This document shows positions 18,057 to 26,761 of a stretch of DNA of 64,000 nucleotides, piece by piece. Each line of letters opens with the position of its first letter. Positions within the stretch are counted from its first letter, which is position 1. The DNA lies in the IMG/VR virus record IMGVR_UViG_3300032304_000977, positions 1 to 64,000 of that record. One strand, 5' to 3'. The position numbers and the translations under genes are program-made. The notes under the pieces were generated by a model. That model was not told the origin of the DNA. It saw nothing but the letters and a program-made list of their open reading frames with translations, and made no database searches. The DNA is from a virus. Lineage: Duplodnaviria; Heunggongvirae; Uroviricota; Caudoviricetes.

Positions 18057-18857
18057 TTATTTTCCAATCATCAAACCAGTCATATTGCTTGGAACAACAA
18101 TCGTTTGAACCTTGCCATTCTTAATACCCTCAGAGATATTCAATGCAGCTTGTGCGTTCATAAAAGCAATGGAACTGGCAGAGTTATTTGCAAGAGCAGC
18201 CATGCGTTCAGCTTCTTTTCTGGCAGTCTGTACTTCAACTTCTTTCTGCTTATATTCGTTCTTGGCACGAACCAGAGCATTGGCAGATTCCACAACAGAG
18301 TCAGCTGGGACAATGTTACGAATCAATACCTGACCAATAACCAAACTACCATCTAACTTTTCTTCAGCCAAAGACTTTTGAATCTGCTCACGAATAGATT
18401 GTTCCATAACCTGACGATTATCAGCCATATCTAGAGCATCATACTTACGTGCTTCTTTGTAGATTGCATTACGAGTAGCCTGAACGATGTAGTTATACAT
18501 CAAGTAGATGTCGCCATTATGGCGAGCATGGAATGCTTGGCTTTTCTGGCTATACAACTCAGCAACTTGTGCTTGGTTAATGTTGTAGATAACTACAGCA
18601 TCAAAGTCTTTCATTGTACTGTTATCTTTGGCAACAGGAGTCATATCATCCAGTTTAACATTAACGTCTTTGACTGGGAAAGTCAAGACATCGCCAATCA
18701 AAACTTGATTGAACGATCCAGGAAGCAACTCACCCTGCTTAACCTGTTTATCAAAACCAACACGAACACCTACCTCGCCAGTTTCAATTCGAGTGCAACC
18801 TGTAGAAAGAACTGCTGCTGCCAAAACACCGATAGTAAAAACTTTTTTCATATTCAA
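18057..18857 (-). CDS. SPFH/band-7 (prohibitin/stomatin-like) lipoprotein
   Basis: 266 aa. Lipoprotein signal MNMKKVFTIGVLAAAVLSTGC, SPFH core with a coiled-coil tail (VRAKNEYKQKEVEVQTARKEAERMAA). Confidence 0.65.
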   Translation of the reverse strand: MNMKKVFTIGVLAAAVLSTGCTRIETGEVGVRVGFDKQVKQGELLPGSFNQVLIGDVLTFPVKDVNVKLDDMTPVAKDNSTMKDFDAVVIYNINQAQVAELYSQKSQAFHARHNGDIYLMYNYIVQATRNAIYKEARKYDALDMADNRQVMEQSIREQIQKSLAEEKLDGSLVIGQVLIRNIVPADSVVESANALVRAKNEYKQKEVEVQTARKEAERMAALANNSASSIAFMNAQAALNISEGIKNGKVQTIVVPSNMTGLMIGK

Positions 18858-18861
18858 TCCT

Positions 18862-19037
18862 TAAAATAAAACAACGACAATAGTAAGAAACACAATAACG
18901 AGAAGAGCGATCGTTACGCTGTAAATGGTAGTCTTTGCGACTTCCCATTTCTCTTTGCCACTAAACTTACGGAAGATTTCAATTCCCGTATAGAATATAA
19001 CAAAAAGAAATATAAATGCAATTAACATTTTAAACAT
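18862..19037 (-). CDS. small two-TM membrane protein (58 aa, not in supplied track)
   Basis: Minus-strand ATG at 19035-19037, stop at 18862-18864. Product MFKMLIAFIFLFVIFYTGIEIFRKFSGKEKWEVAKTTIYSVTIALLVIVFLTIVVVLF. Sits immediately upstream of the SPFH gene. Confidence 0.35.
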
Positions 19038-19038
19038 T

Positions 19039-19371
19039 TTATTCCTTAGAATACTTTACATCATGCTCATAAAGAAACATTAGACAACACATTGCATGAG
19101 CCAAATGATTCTTACCAGTTTCGGGATCATTTTGTTCTCCCTCTTTCCATGCCCAGAGGTGTCTTTGCATTGCATCAAAGTACCTTCGTTTAGAATCTGG
19201 AACATTTTTCCAATTATCTGGTTCGTATTTCTCGGCACCAAATGTTAGAATTTCTACAGTTGCTTTTAATGCAAGTGGTGGTAGTAAACCATATTGTAGT
19301 TTACCACCATCAAATTTTCTACCACCTGTTGTGGCATTTTGAGATTTTTTAATTTCTTCTTTAGTAGCCAT
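19039..19371 (-). CDS. conserved phage protein of unknown function (start trimmed to MATKEE)
   Basis: Track ORF 19039..19401. The first 10 codons overlap the hairpin at 19394-19417, so Met11 is the likelier start. Contains a KFDGGKLQYGLLPP block that I recognise only vaguely from other phage proteins. Confidence 0.4.
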   Translation of the reverse strand: MATKEEIKKSQNATTGGRKFDGGKLQYGLLPPLALKATVEILTFGAEKYEPDNWKNVPDSKRRYFDAMQRHLWAWKEGEQNDPETGKNHLAHAMCCLMFLYEHDVKYSKE

Positions 19372-19393
19372 TTTTCCTCCAGTAAAACGACAA

Positions 19394-19417
19394 ATGGACA
19401 CTCGGGAGAATGTCCAT
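19394..19417 (-). terminator. stem-loop candidate
   Basis: ATGGACA-N10-TGTCCAT. On the minus strand it is followed by a U-rich run. Overlaps the annotated start of ORF 19039..19401. Confidence 0.3.
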
Positions 19418-19434
19418 TAATTACTTACTAAAGA

Positions 19435-19722
19435 TTAGCGAGTAAATGCTTGTGCGCCAAGAATGTTTGCAGCAAGAGCAACCATACGCTTTGTTGGTGT
19501 GCCGATACGATACTTAACAACACGATCACCTGTGCTCAATGTAGTTGGGTTGCTGTATACACATACGCCATGCTCAGTGCGAAGAGCATGAATGGCACGA
19601 CTTGGGTTCTTAAGACCAAATGTGCCAGAGATTTGGCGTGCAGTTACTTCATTACCAGATTCCATATACGAAACCAATTTTGAGATTTTAGACATAGTAA
19701 GTCTCCATAAAAAATTCACCAA
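19435..19722 (-). CDS. hypothetical protein
   Basis: 95-aa ORF followed on the minus strand by a stem-loop. Confidence 0.35.
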   Translation of the reverse strand: MVNFLWRLTMSKISKLVSYMESGNEVTARQISGTFGLKNPSRAIHALRTEHGVCVYSNPTTLSTGDRVVKYRIGTPTKRMVALAANILGAQAFTR

Positions 19723-19736
19723 TCAAAATGGAAAAT

Positions 19737-19762
19737 GGATGCGCTGGTGAAACCACGCATCC
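19737..19762 (-). terminator. stem-loop terminator candidate
   Basis: GGATGCG-N12-CGCATCC 7-bp stem. On the minus strand it is followed by AUUUUCCAUUUU. Lies downstream of ORF 19780..20175. Confidence 0.45.
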
Positions 19763-19779
19763 TCCATGAAAGAAACTAA

Positions 19780-20175
19780 TCAGTTGCTAGACACAAGTTC
19801 TTGCTTGATCGTTTCTAGTTCTTCGTCGTAAGAATCGTCTTCAATAACAGATTCTTCAATAATTTTTTCGAATTTACTTTTCTCAGCAGCAGCTGTTTTT
19901 GTAACAACTTTAGCGGAAGCAGTATCAAGTGGGAGGGCGAACACGCCACGACCAACTTTATTTTTGGCAGTCAACCAGTTGGGGAAACCAACTTTCTCGC
20001 CACCAGCTGCACGCTTTTCATTGAGAGTCCAGTAAATAGACTCAAGTTCTTTACGAGAAACCTGTCCTGTTTTTGCAACAGTAGGGAATTCGCGAACAAC
20101 AGCATCAACGAAACGCTTTTGGGCTTTAGTAAGATCAGAATATTTCAACATAACAATTTCCTTTCGGGTTTTCAA
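19780..20175 (-). CDS. small protein sharing an N-terminal domain with the CobS-like ATPase
   Basis: 131 aa. The segment TGQVSRKELESIYWTLNEK...FPNWLTAKNKVGRGVFAL parallels SGTVSRQQIMSTMEALNTTKYPTWLMQNKVGRGLYAI in the downstream 391-aa ATPase. Preceded by a consensus promoter and followed by a hairpin terminator. Confidence 0.45.
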   Translation of the reverse strand: MKTRKEIVMLKYSDLTKAQKRFVDAVVREFPTVAKTGQVSRKELESIYWTLNEKRAAGGEKVGFPNWLTAKNKVGRGVFALPLDTASAKVVTKTAAAEKSKFEKIIEESVIEDDSYDEELETIKQELVSSN

Positions 20176-20187
20176 GTTTACAAGATA

Positions 20188-20216
20188 ATTATACTACGAT
20201 TTAACATTAATGTCAA
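20188..20216 (-). promoter_or_regulatory. sigma70-type early promoter TTGACA-N17-TATAAT
   Basis: Minus strand: tTTGACAttaatgttaaatcgtagTATAAT. Confidence 0.6.
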
Positions 20217-20223
20217 ACACCAT

Positions 20224-21372
20224 TTAGAACGGGATCTCACCATTCGTAGCCTGTTCGGTAACAGGGGCTACAGTGGCTGGTCCCACCTCAGCGTTTGGGT
20301 CTGCCGAAACTTTGTCAAACAGATCCAAAAACGCATCTTTCGTCAACGGATCGAAACGATTGATAGCAAGATTCACTGACTTACGCTTATCACGATAGAT
20401 CGAAAAGTTCTTAACGATATGAACTAAACGACGAGTCGTAATAACTTCATCAACGCCACCATCTTCGAAAGTACGACGAATAGCATCTGCCCATTTGACG
20501 AGTGTCGAAGCAAACTCACCATCAAGACAGTTAAATTTTTGCATAAGATTCGTAACGATTTTTGTTTCGATCTTAGCAGAAGGATAATCTTGTTCAAACA
20601 CAACAGCGAATCGCTCAAGGAATGCTTCATTCAAAACATTCGTACCAATATAGCGACCATCATCAGATCCCTTACCTTTGGTATTAGCAGTCGCAAGAAT
20701 ATTGAATCCTGCGGTAGGATACACAATCTCATTCTTTGCTTTGATATAATATGGTTTACCCTCAAGAATACCTTGGAGACACATCAACAAGTTGGCTGAG
20801 CCAGCGTCAATTTCGTCAACGAGAATTGGGATACCACGACGCATAGCAACAATCATTGGACCATCTTCAACCACCACGTTACCATCGATCAAAGTCTTAG
20901 ATGCAATCAATTTATCTTCGTCATCAGTGCTGTTCAAGTTCACACGGATGAGAGGGATTTTATGCTTCGCGCAAATCTGCTCAATCATAGTCGACTTACC
21001 ATTACCAGTCGGACCTGTTACATAGACAGGGTGAAACAGACGACTAGTGATAATCTTATCTAGATCAGCATGATTACCCCAAGCAACATATGCAGGGTCA
21101 ACAAGTGGAGCAGCAACTTCTGCTTCGGTTACGTAGACTGGTTTACGCACATCATTCTCGGGGTTTGTTTGTGGGACAGGTTTCATCACAGTATTTCCAC
21201 CAGCAATGGCATAAAGACCACGACCAACTTTGTTTTGCATTAGCCAAGTGGGATACTTGGTTGTATTTAGAGCTTCCATCGTGCTCATAATTTGCTGCCG
21301 ACTTACGGTTCCTGACGACTGAACATCGGGAAACAACTCGAACAGTTTGGTTTCGAACAATTCTTGATTCAT
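20224..21372 (-). CDS. cobS: CobS-like / MoxR-family AAA ATPase (start trimmed to MNQELF)
   Basis: Track ORF 20224..21399 begins with a TTG that lies inside the -10 hexamer. ATG at 21370-21372 has an AGGTGA RBS 4 nt upstream. Walker A GPTGNGKST, Walker B ILVDEIDAG, CobS/MoxR-like spacing. Confidence 0.75.
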   Translation of the reverse strand: MNQELFETKLFELFPDVQSSGTVSRQQIMSTMEALNTTKYPTWLMQNKVGRGLYAIAGGNTVMKPVPQTNPENDVRKPVYVTEAEVAAPLVDPAYVAWGNHADLDKIITSRLFHPVYVTGPTGNGKSTMIEQICAKHKIPLIRVNLNSTDDEDKLIASKTLIDGNVVVEDGPMIVAMRRGIPILVDEIDAGSANLLMCLQGILEGKPYYIKAKNEIVYPTAGFNILATANTKGKGSDDGRYIGTNVLNEAFLERFAVVFEQDYPSAKIETKIVTNLMQKFNCLDGEFASTLVKWADAIRRTFEDGGVDEVITTRRLVHIVKNFSIYRDKRKSVNLAINRFDPLTKDAFLDLFDKVSADPNAEVGPATVAPVTEQATNGEIPF

Positions 21373-21398
21373 AATCACCTTTCTCATAATATAGAACA

Positions 21399-21427
21399 AT
21401 TATACATTAAAATTGAATTAATGTCAA
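21399..21427 (-). promoter_or_regulatory. sigma70-type early promoter TTGACA-N17-TATAAT
   Basis: Minus strand: cTTGACAttaattcaattttaatgTATAAT. Upstream of the cobS-like gene. Confidence 0.6.
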
Positions 21428-21432
21428 GCATT

Positions 21433-21897
21433 TTACCAACTCGACTGATAGTAAAAATCACACTTATCAAAAGTAGGTTCTTCTAGGATTTTCTTGATGC
21501 GATCAGCAGTAAACTGAATATCGCCCATATACCAATCATCGTACTCAGTTGAACCAAAGAAGAAACCACTACGTGTCGGCAACAATTCAATCGCCACTTT
21601 CGGGTTTGCGAGAATTTGCTCACAAATTTTCATAAGGGATTCTAGTTGTTCGCGAGATACTTCATATTGATCGCAGTCGTCTTGACCATCTTGAACATTG
21701 TCGACAAACCACTGGTGAATAGCATTGGCTTTGCGCCAGTAAGCAGCACGGAAAATTACTTCCTGTGCACCATAATCGTTTTCTTCATCACCCTCGATGC
21801 CAAACAATTCATTGATAGAATTGATTCGCTCAGAATCTTTCTCATCAAAATATCGACTCATGTATTTCTTAGCCGACAGATACATATCTAAACCCAT
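21433..21897 (-). CDS. hypothetical protein
   Basis: 154-aa ORF in minus-strand array. Confidence 0.4.
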   Translation of the reverse strand: MGLDMYLSAKKYMSRYFDEKDSERINSINELFGIEGDEENDYGAQEVIFRAAYWRKANAIHQWFVDNVQDGQDDCDQYEVSREQLESLMKICEQILANPKVAIELLPTRSGFFFGSTEYDDWYMGDIQFTADRIKKILEEPTFDKCDFYYQSSW

Positions 21898-21908
21898 AAC
21901 AAATCCCC

Positions 21909-22283
21909 TTACGCTACTTTACGAAAATAACCATACGGTAAACCAAGCAGAAAACAAAGGTACTCATCATCACCATCGCTACCTTCTGCTTCGTGAACCC
22001 AGCGCAATGCTTGCTCACGACTTTTTGCGCCACTCATCATAAGATTAAGCATACGCATTTCAAAATCATGCGAAGCACGATCTTCGTCAATCTGACGCTG
22101 TTTGTCATTACACTCAATCACTGCCACACACTGCTCAAGTTCTTCCTTCAGCTGTTCAATGGACATAGATTCTATATTCATAAACCGAGGACGGATTCCA
22201 TGCGCATCTTTATACGCATCCCACAAAGAACACTCAAGCTGTTCTTTTTCTGTCATTTCTTCCCATGATTTTAACATTATCAA
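21909..22283 (-). CDS. hypothetical protein
   Basis: 124-aa ORF. Confidence 0.4.
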   Translation of the reverse strand: MIMLKSWEEMTEKEQLECSLWDAYKDAHGIRPRFMNIESMSIEQLKEELEQCVAVIECNDKQRQIDEDRASHDFEMRMLNLMMSGAKSREQALRWVHEAEGSDGDDEYLCFLLGLPYGYFRKVA

Positions 22284-22478
22284 TTATCCCTTTTTAAAAG
22301 CAGCAACCGCACGAGGAAAACCATTCGCGAAACCTGAATTACCAGACACGAAACCACGAGAATTTTTGCAAGTCATTTTTGACTTTGGGGTTTTCGTTGG
22401 TTTGTATACAGTAACAGTAACATTATGTACTGGGTCAATGTAAGTGGTCAAAACATTTCGTGGTTTCTTCGTAGTCAT
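22284..22478 (-). CDS. small basic protein
   Basis: 64 aa. Preceded by AAGGAA RBS and the consensus promoter at 22508-22536. Confidence 0.35.
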   Translation of the reverse strand: MTTKKPRNVLTTYIDPVHNVTVTVYKPTKTPKSKMTCKNSRGFVSGNSGFANGFPRAVAAFKKG

Positions 22479-22483
22479 TTAAG

Positions 22484-22537
22484 TTCCTTTTCAATCATCA
22501 TAAGATAATTATACGTCCAAACCGAATTAATGTCAAG
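22484..22537. repeat. 54-bp exact direct repeat, copy A (promoter plus leader)
   Basis: ttccttttcaatcatcataagataattatacgtccaaaccgaattaatgtcaag is identical to 34962-35015. Confidence 0.8.
22508..22536 (-). promoter_or_regulatory. sigma70-type early promoter TTGACA-N17-TATAAT
   Basis: Minus strand: cTTGACAttaattcggtttggacgTATAAT. Lies within the 54-bp exact repeat. Confidence 0.6.
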
Positions 22538-22551
22538 TCCCCCGAATAATA

Positions 22552-22571
22552 ACCCTACAGACTGTAAGGGT
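22552..22571. repeat. ACCCTAC-N5-GTAGGGT hairpin family, copy 2 (imperfect)
   Basis: accctacAGACTgtaagggt, next to the promoter at 22508-22536 and the 24-bp palindrome. Confidence 0.5.
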
Positions 22572-22572
22572 A

Positions 22573-22596
22573 TTAAGTTAGTGGTCACTTACTTAA
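22573..22596. repeat. 24-bp palindrome TTAAGTTAGTGGTCACTtACTTAA (one mismatch)
   Basis: Near-perfect inverted repeat immediately 3' of hairpin copy 2. Confidence 0.6.
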
Positions 22597-22660
22597 AAAA
22601 GGGTCGTCCAATGGGCTTCACAGACCACATATGGACGACCATAAGGTCACCTGACTCGAC

Positions 22661-24970
22661 TCAGGCGACAACCCCTACAAACCGATTCAAAAGAACACGA
22701 CTTGTTTTTTTAGCGGAAAGATGTTTACCGAACTGTTTTGCAATCGCTGCAGCAGTCATTTTTGTCATATCCTCAGTCAACTCTTGCTCATCAACCTTGT
22801 GGTCGGATTTGAGCAAGAACAATTCGTCATGACCTTCTACATCCAATGCAGCAAAACCTTCCTTCAACATATCGCGACGAACATTGTATACAACAACATC
22901 ATTTGTTGGCAGCAAATATGTATTCATCGCATAGTTGATATCACGAGAACGCTTATCGGTAACGTGGAATCCAATCGTCCCACAGTTATATCGATCTTTG
23001 ATCAGTTTCGTAAGAAGATTACCCCACTGAGTATGAGGTTCGATTTGATAAACTTTCTTTGTTATAGGACAACGCAAGAAACGGACATAACGAACTCTGG
23101 TATTATTTTCATACGTATGTGTACTGTTGATGTTACTGCTAGTATATCCATATCGTTCAGCATAAGGATCTCCTGTTGCTACATTTTTTGTCATACAAGA
23201 AGTAACTCTACCCCCATCACCATCTGTCAATTTGATCAATGTAAACTTCTCAATCTGATTGCCAAGAATAAACTTCTCAGAATAGTCATAGAGAAATGCC
23301 AATGATTCATTAAGTGGCGTTCCACCAAGTTCATAATTATCTGCGACAAACCCAAGAGACATACCAAACACTGTTTTACACATCTTATTGAATTCAGTCG
23401 TAGTCATGCGATTGCTGAACAACTCAATCATAGAAAAATCTGGTCGAATTTCTAACACATATTGCGAATCGCCAATTAATTTGTGTATATCATTTTTGTA
23501 GTTTTGATAACGTAGCTGCTCACGATATTCTTGTGACCATGATGGGTCAACAACTTCTACCGATTTCTTCATTTCTTTGTTATCACTAAAAGCGAACACT
23601 TGGAATGGAATCTTGATTCGATGACAAAACATTACCAGCGAAATAAGTTGCTTTACAGTATCGTTCAGATATTCTGACATAGATCCTGACCAATCAAGAA
23701 CAAATATCATACCATGTTTCTTACCATCTTTGGTAATGTTGATGGACTTGAACAAGTCTTCACGAATTTTATATTGAGACAATTTACGCACATCAAGAAC
23801 ACCTGACTTAGCAATCTGAACACGTTTGTAATCAGTTGCTGCTTTGCGCATTTCAAATTCTTTTACAAGATATGATACTACACGTTGTGTTTCCTGCATA
23901 AACTTATCATAGTCAATGTTTTGTTGAGCAGACAGTTTCATAATGTGGTTGATACGATGTTCATAACCACCATCAATAGTCTTCTTAATAACTGCATCAA
24001 CAACACCAACATGATCATTTAAAACTTGTTTGTATGGAACAATAATATCATCGATAAATGGACCAAATCGAACCATGTCGATATATTGATATCGAGTGTT
24101 TACGTCAGCAGATTCTGCCAATTTTTCTTCAAATGATTTGACAGTAACAGGATCCTTAACAGTTTCTTCTGTTTTGATGTTATCGGAATCCGCACCTGCG
24201 CCACGACCAGTGATATCATCACGATCTTCTTTTGGTTCAGTAGTATCCTCGCCAGATTCTTCATACTCATGGCGATTTTCTTCATCATCAAAATCAAAAT
24301 CGTCATCTAACGCATCAAGGTCATCATAATCATCATCTATTTGATTATGTTCTTCCAGCATTTTCTTATATTCTGCATCACCCTCTAGTGATTTGAGAAT
24401 ATCTTGTTTTTGTTTCTTAGTGAAGTCATATACTTTGCGAGCAAGATTGATAACATCATCAACTGTCTCAAGACGTGCGACTTGATCAACGAGATACTTT
24501 TCGGCTGGTGTAAACTTCACACCACATTCAAACCCTGCCTTGTAGTACAGATTAATTCTGTCAATCAACTGCAACGAAGCAAGTTCGTGTTTCTTGACAC
24601 CAAAGAAATCTCGCTCATTGAGTTGTTTATAACCCTTCGCGAATGCGGATCGAAGTCCAGGATACTTGCGCTTCATTAATTTCTCAATACGAGCATCCTC
24701 AAGAATATTACAGAAGCCATGTGGAATACCTTTACGTTCTTCGGTTGCTTTTGCTTTCTCGAAAATAGTAAAATCGGTATAAAGAGCATGAGCAACTTCG
24801 TGCGCTTTGAGCATCTCCTCAATCTCGGGAGTCATGTTTTGCCATTGCGGTAAAGTCAACACACGATTGACAACATCAAATGATGCAGTCGTAACAGGTG
24901 CTCGCTGGATCAACAGGTTTTCCTGAGCCAATAGGCGAGTAGTGATGTCGTTGGTTTGATGTTTATCCAT
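22661..24970 (-). CDS. von Willebrand factor A (vWA) domain protein, CobT-like
   Basis: 769 aa. MIDAS motif VLDWSGSMSEY in the C-terminal half; long poly-acidic linker (DDDYDDLDALDDDFDFDDEEN...) as in CobT; N-terminal HEVAH (HExxH). Located 3 genes downstream of the CobS-like ATPase. Confidence 0.7.
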   Translation of the reverse strand: MDKHQTNDITTRLLAQENLLIQRAPVTTASFDVVNRVLTLPQWQNMTPEIEEMLKAHEVAHALYTDFTIFEKAKATEERKGIPHGFCNILEDARIEKLMKRKYPGLRSAFAKGYKQLNERDFFGVKKHELASLQLIDRINLYYKAGFECGVKFTPAEKYLVDQVARLETVDDVINLARKVYDFTKKQKQDILKSLEGDAEYKKMLEEHNQIDDDYDDLDALDDDFDFDDEENRHEYEESGEDTTEPKEDRDDITGRGAGADSDNIKTEETVKDPVTVKSFEEKLAESADVNTRYQYIDMVRFGPFIDDIIVPYKQVLNDHVGVVDAVIKKTIDGGYEHRINHIMKLSAQQNIDYDKFMQETQRVVSYLVKEFEMRKAATDYKRVQIAKSGVLDVRKLSQYKIREDLFKSINITKDGKKHGMIFVLDWSGSMSEYLNDTVKQLISLVMFCHRIKIPFQVFAFSDNKEMKKSVEVVDPSWSQEYREQLRYQNYKNDIHKLIGDSQYVLEIRPDFSMIELFSNRMTTTEFNKMCKTVFGMSLGFVADNYELGGTPLNESLAFLYDYSEKFILGNQIEKFTLIKLTDGDGGRVTSCMTKNVATGDPYAERYGYTSSNINSTHTYENNTRVRYVRFLRCPITKKVYQIEPHTQWGNLLTKLIKDRYNCGTIGFHVTDKRSRDINYAMNTYLLPTNDVVVYNVRRDMLKEGFAALDVEGHDELFLLKSDHKVDEQELTEDMTKMTAAAIAKQFGKHLSAKKTSRVLLNRFVGVVA

Positions 24971-25002
24971 GATATTATTTAATGTCGAGTTTCAATAATT
25001 CA

Positions 25003-25031
25003 ATTATACACCGAAATGAAATAAATGTCAA
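25003..25031 (-). promoter_or_regulatory. sigma70-type early promoter TTGACA-N17-TATAAT
   Basis: Minus strand: cTTGACAtttatttcatttcggtgTATAAT. Upstream of the vWA gene. Confidence 0.6.
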
Positions 25032-25036
25032 GTATT

Positions 25037-25249
25037 TTATCTCAAGACGTATGTGTTGATTACAAGCGAAGATTTTTTGTTCGAGGGAACACGACTCTTC
25101 AGCACGCATCTTGTTTTTAATTTCGATTCAGACTGTTCAAATATTTGAACATATCGTTGTTCGGATTCAAGACACTGTTCTTTTGTTTCATAAGATGAAT
25201 GTATTGTGTAATCGGATGGTGCTGCTACGATGAAGAGAAGTGCCCACAT
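25037..25249 (-). CDS. small hydrophobic N-terminus protein
   Basis: 70-aa ORF. Confidence 0.3.
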   Translation of the reverse strand: MWALLFIVAAPSDYTIHSSYETKEQCLESEQRYVQIFEQSESKLKTRCVLKSRVPSNKKSSLVINTYVLR

Positions 25250-25251
25250 AA

Positions 25252-25992
25252 TTACACCACGAATCCTGTAGTATCTTTCTTAGCACGTCCCTTCGCCTTC
25301 AATCCAACGATAACATTTTTTTTGTCAAGAAAACGCAAATCGGTTTCATCGCCGTTGATAACAGGACGACCAAAATAGGTTTCAGGGAGTGAGCGGAAAA
25401 CAGCAGCCACATTCATACCAGCTGACGCAGCCAGACGAGTATCCATGTCATTACCATCTGCTTTAGAAAATGTAAGATGATAATTCTTTAGATGAGCAAC
25501 CTTACGATTGCGCATTTTTGTGTAGTCATAGAACTGCACTTCAGGAAACATCTGGAAAATGTTACGACCCTCTAGGATCTCATACTTTTCCCATGCAATA
25601 TCGCTAGTACCATTGAGACGGAAGCAAGGAATCAATCCTTTCTTTTCGGCTTGCTTGATTGCGAGTGTGATGTCTTTGAGCAGTTTACTCATAAACTCAG
25701 TACGATTTTCGTAAAATAATTTTGTTTTGCGAATACGTGCTTGCTGAATCACGTTGGTGGTTTCGCCTTTCTTGAACATACCACCACGACCAGCTGTGTT
25801 CAAACATGCAGCTGTGCAACCAGCAGTTCTTTTTGGACAAGTTTCGTAGCCAGATAAATTGGCAGGGGCGAGATGAAGGATGAAGGACATGTATCCTTTC
25901 TTTTCGCCTTTGAGTAACTTTGGGTTTCCAGTAGAAAGTAAATTCATATAAACCTCAAACCAATTTGCTGATTGAAACGTCGTATGACACAC
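25252..25992 (-). CDS. Cys-cluster protein (possible metal/Fe-S binding)
   Basis: 246 aa with YETCPKRTAGCTAACLNTAGRGG (C-x6-C-x3-C). Family not identifiable by eye. Confidence 0.4.
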   Translation of the reverse strand: MCHTTFQSANWFEVYMNLLSTGNPKLLKGEKKGYMSFILHLAPANLSGYETCPKRTAGCTAACLNTAGRGGMFKKGETTNVIQQARIRKTKLFYENRTEFMSKLLKDITLAIKQAEKKGLIPCFRLNGTSDIAWEKYEILEGRNIFQMFPEVQFYDYTKMRNRKVAHLKNYHLTFSKADGNDMDTRLAASAGMNVAAVFRSLPETYFGRPVINGDETDLRFLDKKNVIVGLKAKGRAKKDTTGFVV

Positions 25993-26167
25993 GATTCATC
26001 TTGTGGTCATAGACATGCATTCTGGAAGAAATGCCAATTCCATTAAACAAATTCTCAAACAGTTGACGCACAACAGTATTTACACTCACCGAGTCACCAA
26101 CGCCACGTTTGATAGCAGCAGCACTGGTATAAAACGAAACGCCATTCACAATCACACGATATTTCAT
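25955..26167 (-). CDS. small hypothetical protein
   Basis: 70-aa ORF immediately downstream of the promoter at 26197-26225. Overlaps the next gene by 38 nt. Confidence 0.3.
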   Translation of the reverse strand: MKYRVIVNGVSFYTSAAAIKRGVGDSVSVNTVVRQLFENLFNGIGISSRMHVYDHKMNRVSYDVSISKLV

Positions 26168-26196
26168 AACAACTCCTATTCGATCAATATAGAGTA

Positions 26197-26225
26197 ATTA
26201 TGCCTGGAAACCGAATAAATGTCAA
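26197..26225 (-). promoter_or_regulatory. sigma70-type early promoter TTGACA-N17-CATAAT
   Basis: Minus strand: cTTGACAtttattcggtttccaggCATAAT. Confidence 0.55.
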
Positions 26226-26230
26226 GCATT

Positions 26231-26251
26231 AACCCTACAGCTGGTAGGGTT
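26231..26251. repeat. ACCCTAC-N5-GTAGGGT hairpin family, copy 3
   Basis: aaccctacAGCTGgtagggtt, 5 bp from the -35 of the promoter at 26197-26225. Confidence 0.6.
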
Positions 26252-26275
26252 ATTTGGATCCTTACTGGATGGGGC

Positions 26276-26761
26276 TTACAGGCGCTCGACAATCGGTTTA
26301 TCTAGCATATCTTCGCCAAGGGAAAAATTCTCGTAATAACAGCGGACAAAACCCTTACGCTCAAGAGAGGTTATAATAATCAATTGTCGCATTGTCATTA
26401 ACTGGCGATTCATACCTTCCATATCATCATTGGGTAAATTTGTTCCCTCAGCATGAGATAGCATCAATGTCAGCAACAATAGTTGTTCCGTCTCATAGCA
26501 ATGTTCATTGTCTTCAGATTCCTCAGCCAATTCAAATATCTCTTGAAAAGAACGCTCGCCCAAACTCATAAGCCAATCGCCGACTGTTAGGTATGGTGTT
26601 TTTTGTAACGTAGCAGCCAGTAGTCGAATGGTTGGTGATGTGGTTTCAGATTTTAAAATATTGTCATAATTAAGATACCATTCTCGATCGCTGCCTGGAT
26701 AGTCAAACTCTAGATCCATATCATTCTTCTCCATTTCGTCGTTTTTGATATTCAGCTTCAT
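26276..26761 (-). CDS. hypothetical acidic protein (start uncertain)
   Basis: Track ORF 26276..26827 overlaps the upstream gene by about 107 nt. An internal Met (MKLNIKNDEM or MEKND) is more plausible. Confidence 0.35.
   Translation of the reverse strand: MKLNIKNDEMEKNDMDLEFDYPGSDREWYLNYDNILKSETTSPTIRLLAATLQKTPYLTVGDWLMSLGERSFQEIFELAEESEDNEHCYETEQLLLLTLMLSHAEGTNLPNDDMEGMNRQLMTMRQLIIITSLERKGFVRCYYENFSLGEDMLDKPIVERL

Noticed and set aside
25252-25992. Assignment of the Cys-cluster protein to the phage Gp37/Gp68 (DUF5131) family
   Set aside because: I only vaguely recall that family's cysteine motif and cannot confirm the spacing. Kept as generic Cys-cluster protein.
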